From Chitinophaga pinensis (GTDB lineage Bacteria; Bacteroidota; Bacteroidia; Chitinophagales; LD1): 47,357 nt of DNA. The DNA lies in contig CAMBIM010000002.1 of assembly GCA_945867505.1 (NCBI GenBank), forward strand, positions 1 through 47,357, given 5' to 3'. Of the stretch, positions 43,812-47,357 are shown one piece after another. A program made the position numbers and the translations under genes. Numbering within the stretch: the stretch's first letter is position 1; every line of letters starts with the position of its first letter. Below the pieces are notes generated by a model, which was given only the letters and a program-made list of their open reading frames with translations, was not told the origin of the DNA and did no database searches.

Positions 43812-44378
43812 ATGAAAAGTTTAGATGCCGAAAAAATAGCGGATGAAATAATTGCACTGTTTGAAACCAAAGGAGGAGCAAATTATTCCGGTGAAAAAAT
43901 TACACAGTTAGAACACGCTTGCCAGGCTGCTCAATTAGCAGAAAAAGATGGCAACGATGATGAAGTTATTCTTGCCGCATTTCTGCATGACCTTGGTCAT
44001 TTGTTAGATGAGGGCGAAGAGGAAATGGATGGCTATGGTGTAAAAGACCATGAAGCCATAGGTGCAGAGTATTTAAAGGCGCGTGGATTCTCTGCTAAAA
44101 TTACAACGCTGGTAAATGCACACGTAGAGGCAAAGCGTTATTTGTGCGCGGTAAACCAACGCTACTTCGATAACCTCTCGCATGCCAGTAAAATGACATT
44201 GACTTTTCAGGGCGGGGTAATGCGCGAAGATGAACTGGACGTATTTGAAAGAAATCCTTTAAAGAATCTCATTATAAAAATGAGAACCTGGGATGAGGAA
44301 GCCAAACATGAAAATATTTCTCTGCCCGATTTGAGTCTATTCCGAAATAAGATTGTAGCTCACTTAGAAATAGTTTGA
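43812..44378 (+). CDS. HD-domain protein, PhnZ-like (phosphonate-associated HD oxygenase family)
   Basis: ITQLEHACQAAQLAEKDGNDDEVILAAFLHDLGH... with the later H and D ligands (KDHEAIGAEYL, NAHVEAKRYL). 188 aa. It starts 8 nt after the phosphodiesterase gene. Confidence 0.7.
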   Translation: MKSLDAEKIADEIIALFETKGGANYSGEKITQLEHACQAAQLAEKDGNDDEVILAAFLHDLGHLLDEGEEEMDGYGVKDHEAIGAEYLKARGFSAKITTLVNAHVEAKRYLCAVNQRYFDNLSHASKMTLTFQGGVMREDELDVFERNPLKNLIIKMRTWDEEAKHENISLPDLSLFRNKIVAHLEIV

Positions 44379-44751
44379 CTATATCTTCAAACAATTGTAT
44401 TCATTTCAATTTATTTTAGACGTTACTTTACCAAACCACTGCTAAGCTTGTAGTCAGCACCACTTCATTAAAATTGGTAGTAGACAAGAACGAGTTTTGA
44501 TAATGATTGTAGCGGCAGTTGACAGACAGCGTTAAGTGCTTTAAAAAGAAATTCAAAAACTAAAAGATGAATTAAATGTATCAATTTTGGATGCATCTAG
44601 CACACAACACTTTGGTGGGCTGCCTATTGTCAATGGTTTTTTAGATTCTAAGTTAGCAGAGGTTAAAACAGATGTTCGGTCCGAAAAAAGCTAATTCATT
44701 TATTTAGTGTTTCAATCAATTACTTAATTCGCATTTGGTTGATTGGTAAGA

Positions 44752-46182
44752 ATGTCTTTAAAAATATTGGATATGCCTAACATGAATTACAAAAAAATTA
44801 CAACAGAAGATTTAGCCTATTTCAAAACGATAGTAGGAGAGGAGTTTGTTTTTACAGACCAAGCCAACATCGATAAATTCAGTCGCGATGAAACCGATGG
44901 TGTAAGTTTTCCGCCCGAAGTAGTCATTAAGCCAGTTACCGCGCAAGAGATTTCAGCAGTGCTTAAATACTGCAATAAAAACTTAATACCAATTTCTCCC
45001 CGCGCGGCAGGCACAGGTTTAAGTGCAAATAGCTTATGTGTGCATGGTGGTGTCATGCTCTCTATTGAGCGTATGAACAAGATTTTAAAGATTGACGAAC
45101 GCAACTTGCAGGTAACAACAGAACCCGCAGTTATTACCGAAGCATTGCAAAATACTTTGCAGGAAAAAGGTTTGTTCTATCCGGTTGACCCTTCAAGCAG
45201 AGGAACAAGTTTTATTGGTGGAAACGTAGCTTGTAACAGCGGTGGGCCAAGAGCAGTGAAGTATGGTGTGGTGAAAGATTTTGTTCTGAATTTGGAGGTG
45301 GTTCTCCCTGATGGTGAAATTATTTGGACCGGTGCTAATACTTTAAAAAACTCAACAGGATATAACCTTACGCAACTAATTGTTGGAAGTGAAGGAACGC
45401 TCGCCATTATTACAAAAATTGTTCTCAAACTTTTGCCTTATCCTAAATTCAACAACGTAATGCTTGCTCCATTTAAAAGTATGGATGATGCAAGTGCTGC
45501 AGTGAGTGCAGTTTTTCGCGCAGGAATAGTTCCTTCGTGTATTGAGTTCATGGAGCGCGATGCAGTAGAATATGTAATGAAATTTTTGGGCGATGTAACT
45601 GTTCCGTTAGCAGACGATACACAGGCTACGCTTTTAATTGAGGTGGATGGCAATGATTTAGAAGTGATTCAAAAAGATTGCGAAAAAATTTACGAAGTGC
45701 TTACACAGTTTGAAGTGGGCGAAATACTTTTTGCCGACAGCGAGGCACAGAAGATTGATTTATGGCGTATGCGCAGAAACATTGCTTATGCGGTAAAGAA
45801 AACAAACATGACGGTAGAAGAAGATACCGTAGTGCCGCGTGCAGATTTACCGGAACTTTTAAAGCATATAAAAGCAGTTGGTAGAAAATGGAATTTTAGA
45901 AGTGTTTGTTATGGCCATGCCGGTGATGGCAATGTGCATGTTCGTATTTTGAAAGATGAATTGACAGAAGATTATTGGAAGGATGAAGTGCCGAAAGGCA
46001 TTCGCGAAATATTTGAAAAGGTGGTTGAACTTGGAGGAACAATTTCCGGAGAACATGGCATTGGTTGGATTCAAATTCCTTATATGAATATTAAATTCCG
46101 CGAAGTGCAGCTGCAGTTAATGCGCGACATTAAAAAAGTTTTTGACCCGAATAATATTTTAAACCCGGGCAAGATATTTTAG
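44752..46182 (+). CDS. FAD-linked oxidase (GlcD / D-lactate dehydrogenase family)
   Basis: FAD_binding_4 motifs (PRAAGTGLS, GGNVA.NSGG, GSEGTL) and C-terminal GGTISGEHGIG...FDPNNILNPGKIF. Start uncertain: 44743 TTG, 44752 ATG or 44782 ATG. Confidence 0.9.
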   Translation: MSLKILDMPNMNYKKITTEDLAYFKTIVGEEFVFTDQANIDKFSRDETDGVSFPPEVVIKPVTAQEISAVLKYCNKNLIPISPRAAGTGLSANSLCVHGGVMLSIERMNKILKIDERNLQVTTEPAVITEALQNTLQEKGLFYPVDPSSRGTSFIGGNVACNSGGPRAVKYGVVKDFVLNLEVVLPDGEIIWTGANTLKNSTGYNLTQLIVGSEGTLAIITKIVLKLLPYPKFNNVMLAPFKSMDDASAAVSAVFRAGIVPSCIEFMERDAVEYVMKFLGDVTVPLADDTQATLLIEVDGNDLEVIQKDCEKIYEVLTQFEVGEILFADSEAQKIDLWRMRRNIAYAVKKTNMTVEEDTVVPRADLPELLKHIKAVGRKWNFRSVCYGHAGDGNVHVRILKDELTEDYWKDEVPKGIREIFEKVVELGGTISGEHGIGWIQIPYMNIKFREVQLQLMRDIKKVFDPNNILNPGKIF

Positions 46183-46282
46183 CATTTAGTGCCAAAACGG
46201 CACTATTCTTACTAAAAACTTGCTTTTATTGAAGTTGAATTTTATTTTTGAAACATTAACTAAAAACTAAAAATAATCGATC

Positions 46283-46495
46283 ATGAAAAAATTATTCTTC
46301 GCTTTTATGACAATCGGCATTCTTGCCTCTGGTACTTCTTGTAAAAAATGCGGCTATTGTAAATACAGCAACGGTCAAGGAAATGGCTCTTCTGTTTGCC
46401 AAAGTACTAGCATTATACCAGGGATACCAACGGAGTATGATGAAACAAAATCTGATTGTGCTGCAAACAACGGTACTTGGACTACTACTAACTAA
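46283..46495 (+). CDS. Small Cys-containing lipoprotein (70 aa)
   Basis: MKKLFFAFMTIGILASGTSC lipobox and 6 Cys. A strong terminator follows. Confidence 0.5.
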   Translation: MKKLFFAFMTIGILASGTSCKKCGYCKYSNGQGNGSSVCQSTSIIPGIPTEYDETKSDCAANNGTWTTTN

Positions 46496-46514
46496 AACTT
46501 AGTTTTCTCAAAAC

Positions 46515-46549
46515 AAAAAAGCCATCTGCTAAAGCGAGATGGCTTTTTT
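46515..46549. terminator. Bidirectional intrinsic terminator between convergent genes
   Basis: aaaaaa-gccatct-gctaaagcg-agatggc-tttttt. Confidence 0.75.
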
Positions 46550-46562
46550 ATTTAATGCCATT

Positions 46563-47357
46563 TTACTTAGCATTTTTGATAGCCCTTTTGCATCTCAAGT
46601 TCATATAGTTTACCAAGAACCAAAAGTTTTTAAAAGCTGGGTTGGTGGTTTGCTTGTGATGATACCGGTAGTAAATCTGTTGCATAATTACCGCCAAGCG
46701 GAATATTCCGTACACTTCATAGAAGGTAAAGTCTTCTGCTCTATAATTCATTTTGCTGCAATAATATTCTACCACTTCTTTTCGCGTAAACATTCCGTCT
46801 AAATGCGTGGGTTGCCTTCTTGTTTGCCGCGCTACTATATCATCATCGGCTTGCACCCAGTAGGCTAGGGAGTTTCCTAAATCCATCAGTGGGTCGCCAA
46901 CGGTTGCCATTTCCCAATCTAATACTCCAATCACTTTCATCGGGTTTCCAGCATCTAATACTACGTTATCAAAACGAAAATCATTGTGAATCAAACAGCT
47001 TCTTTCTTCTGTAGGAATATTTGCTTTCAGCCAATCCATTATATAGTTGCACGAAGGCACATTCCATGTTTTTGCTCTTTTGTAACGTTCCGTCCAGCCA
47101 TCAATTTGTCGTTTGCAGTAACCGGTTCCTTTTCCTAACTCGTTTAACCCGGTTGCCTGAATATCTACTTGGTGTAATTCAATCAACTTATCAATTACGT
47201 TGGTGCAAAGTTTTTGCACTTCGTTTTTATTCAGCACTAAATCTTTCGGAAGGTTTGCTCTCGGAATTATACCAACGAGCTTCTCCATTATATAAAACTC
47301 TCTTCCTATAAAACTTTCATCCTTACAAAAAGCAATCATCTGCGGCACATACGGATA
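46563..47357 (-). CDS. Phosphotransferase-family (APH/ChoK-like) kinase, N-terminus outside the window
   Basis: FYIMEKL, the catalytic loop CLIHNDFRFDNVVLD, and DWEMATVGDPLMDL. The frame stays open to the window edge (YPYVPQM...). Confidence 0.8.
   Translation of the reverse strand, partial: YPYVPQMIAFCKDESFIGREFYIMEKLVGIIPRANLPKDLVLNKNEVQKLCTNVIDKLIELHQVDIQATGLNELGKGTGYCKRQIDGWTERYKRAKTWNVPSCNYIMDWLKANIPTEERSCLIHNDFRFDNVVLDAGNPMKVIGVLDWEMATVGDPLMDLGNSLAYWVQADDDIVARQTRRQPTHLDGMFTRKEVVEYYCSKMNYRAEDFTFYEVYGIFRLAVIMQQIYYRYHHKQTTNPAFKNFWFLVNYMNLRCKRAIKNAK

Noticed and set aside
44379-44742. Open frame ...KEIQKLKDELNVSILDASSTQHFGGLPIVNGFLDSKLAEVKTDVRSEKS* between the HD gene and the FAD oxidase.
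   Set aside because: There is no start codon after the upstream in-frame stop, and only about 50 codons remain. It is possibly another gene relic, but I cannot assign it.

Overview
This is a chromosomal segment from a Bacteroidota-type genome. Three proteins carry T9SS C-terminal sorting domains, promoters have TAnnTTTG -7 boxes, and there are no Shine-Dalgarno sequences. All family calls below were made by eye from motifs; no searches were run.

Layout:
- 1-23 kb is housekeeping plus nutrient scavenging. It holds smc, an ECF sigma/anti-sigma/Spy-like operon, tRNA-Arg(CCT), an aminophosphonate catabolic operon (HAD phosphonatase-like hydrolase, permease, FAD oxidoreductase), GH20, a glycosyltransferase, an LpxH-like protein, a PhoX-like phosphatase, a Tat metallophosphoesterase, T9SS cargo proteins, a GH28 gene relic and a TonB-dependent receptor.
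- 23-40.6 kb is a dense signal-transduction island. It holds a frameshifted BLUF photoreceptor gene, four soluble multi-PAS histidine kinases (one translationally coupled to an H-NOX haem sensor), one LuxR-type response regulator, one receiver-only regulator, XRE and ArsR regulators, a DUF420 membrane protein, and an uncharacterised operon of four secreted proteins (two of them Cys-rich) ending in DUF1573.
- 40.6-47.4 kb holds a structured non-coding stretch, a compositionally odd orphan gene preceded by eleven phased 21-bp repeats, a T9SS phosphodiesterase plus a PhnZ-like HD protein, a GlcD-like FAD oxidase, a small lipoprotein and a truncated APH-like kinase.

The most interesting signal is non-coding. 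A 20-bp dyad, AATGAGYA-N4-TACTCATT, occurs nine times, and only in the promoter regions of the island. In most cases its centre lies about 30.5 bp from a TAnnTTTG box. This points to a single previously undescribed regulon that ties the sensors to the secreted-protein operon.

A 160-bp regulatory module (dyad, two divergent promoters, and a short terminated leader or sRNA) is duplicated: one copy sits in front of the H-NOX operon and one in front of the receiver-only regulator.
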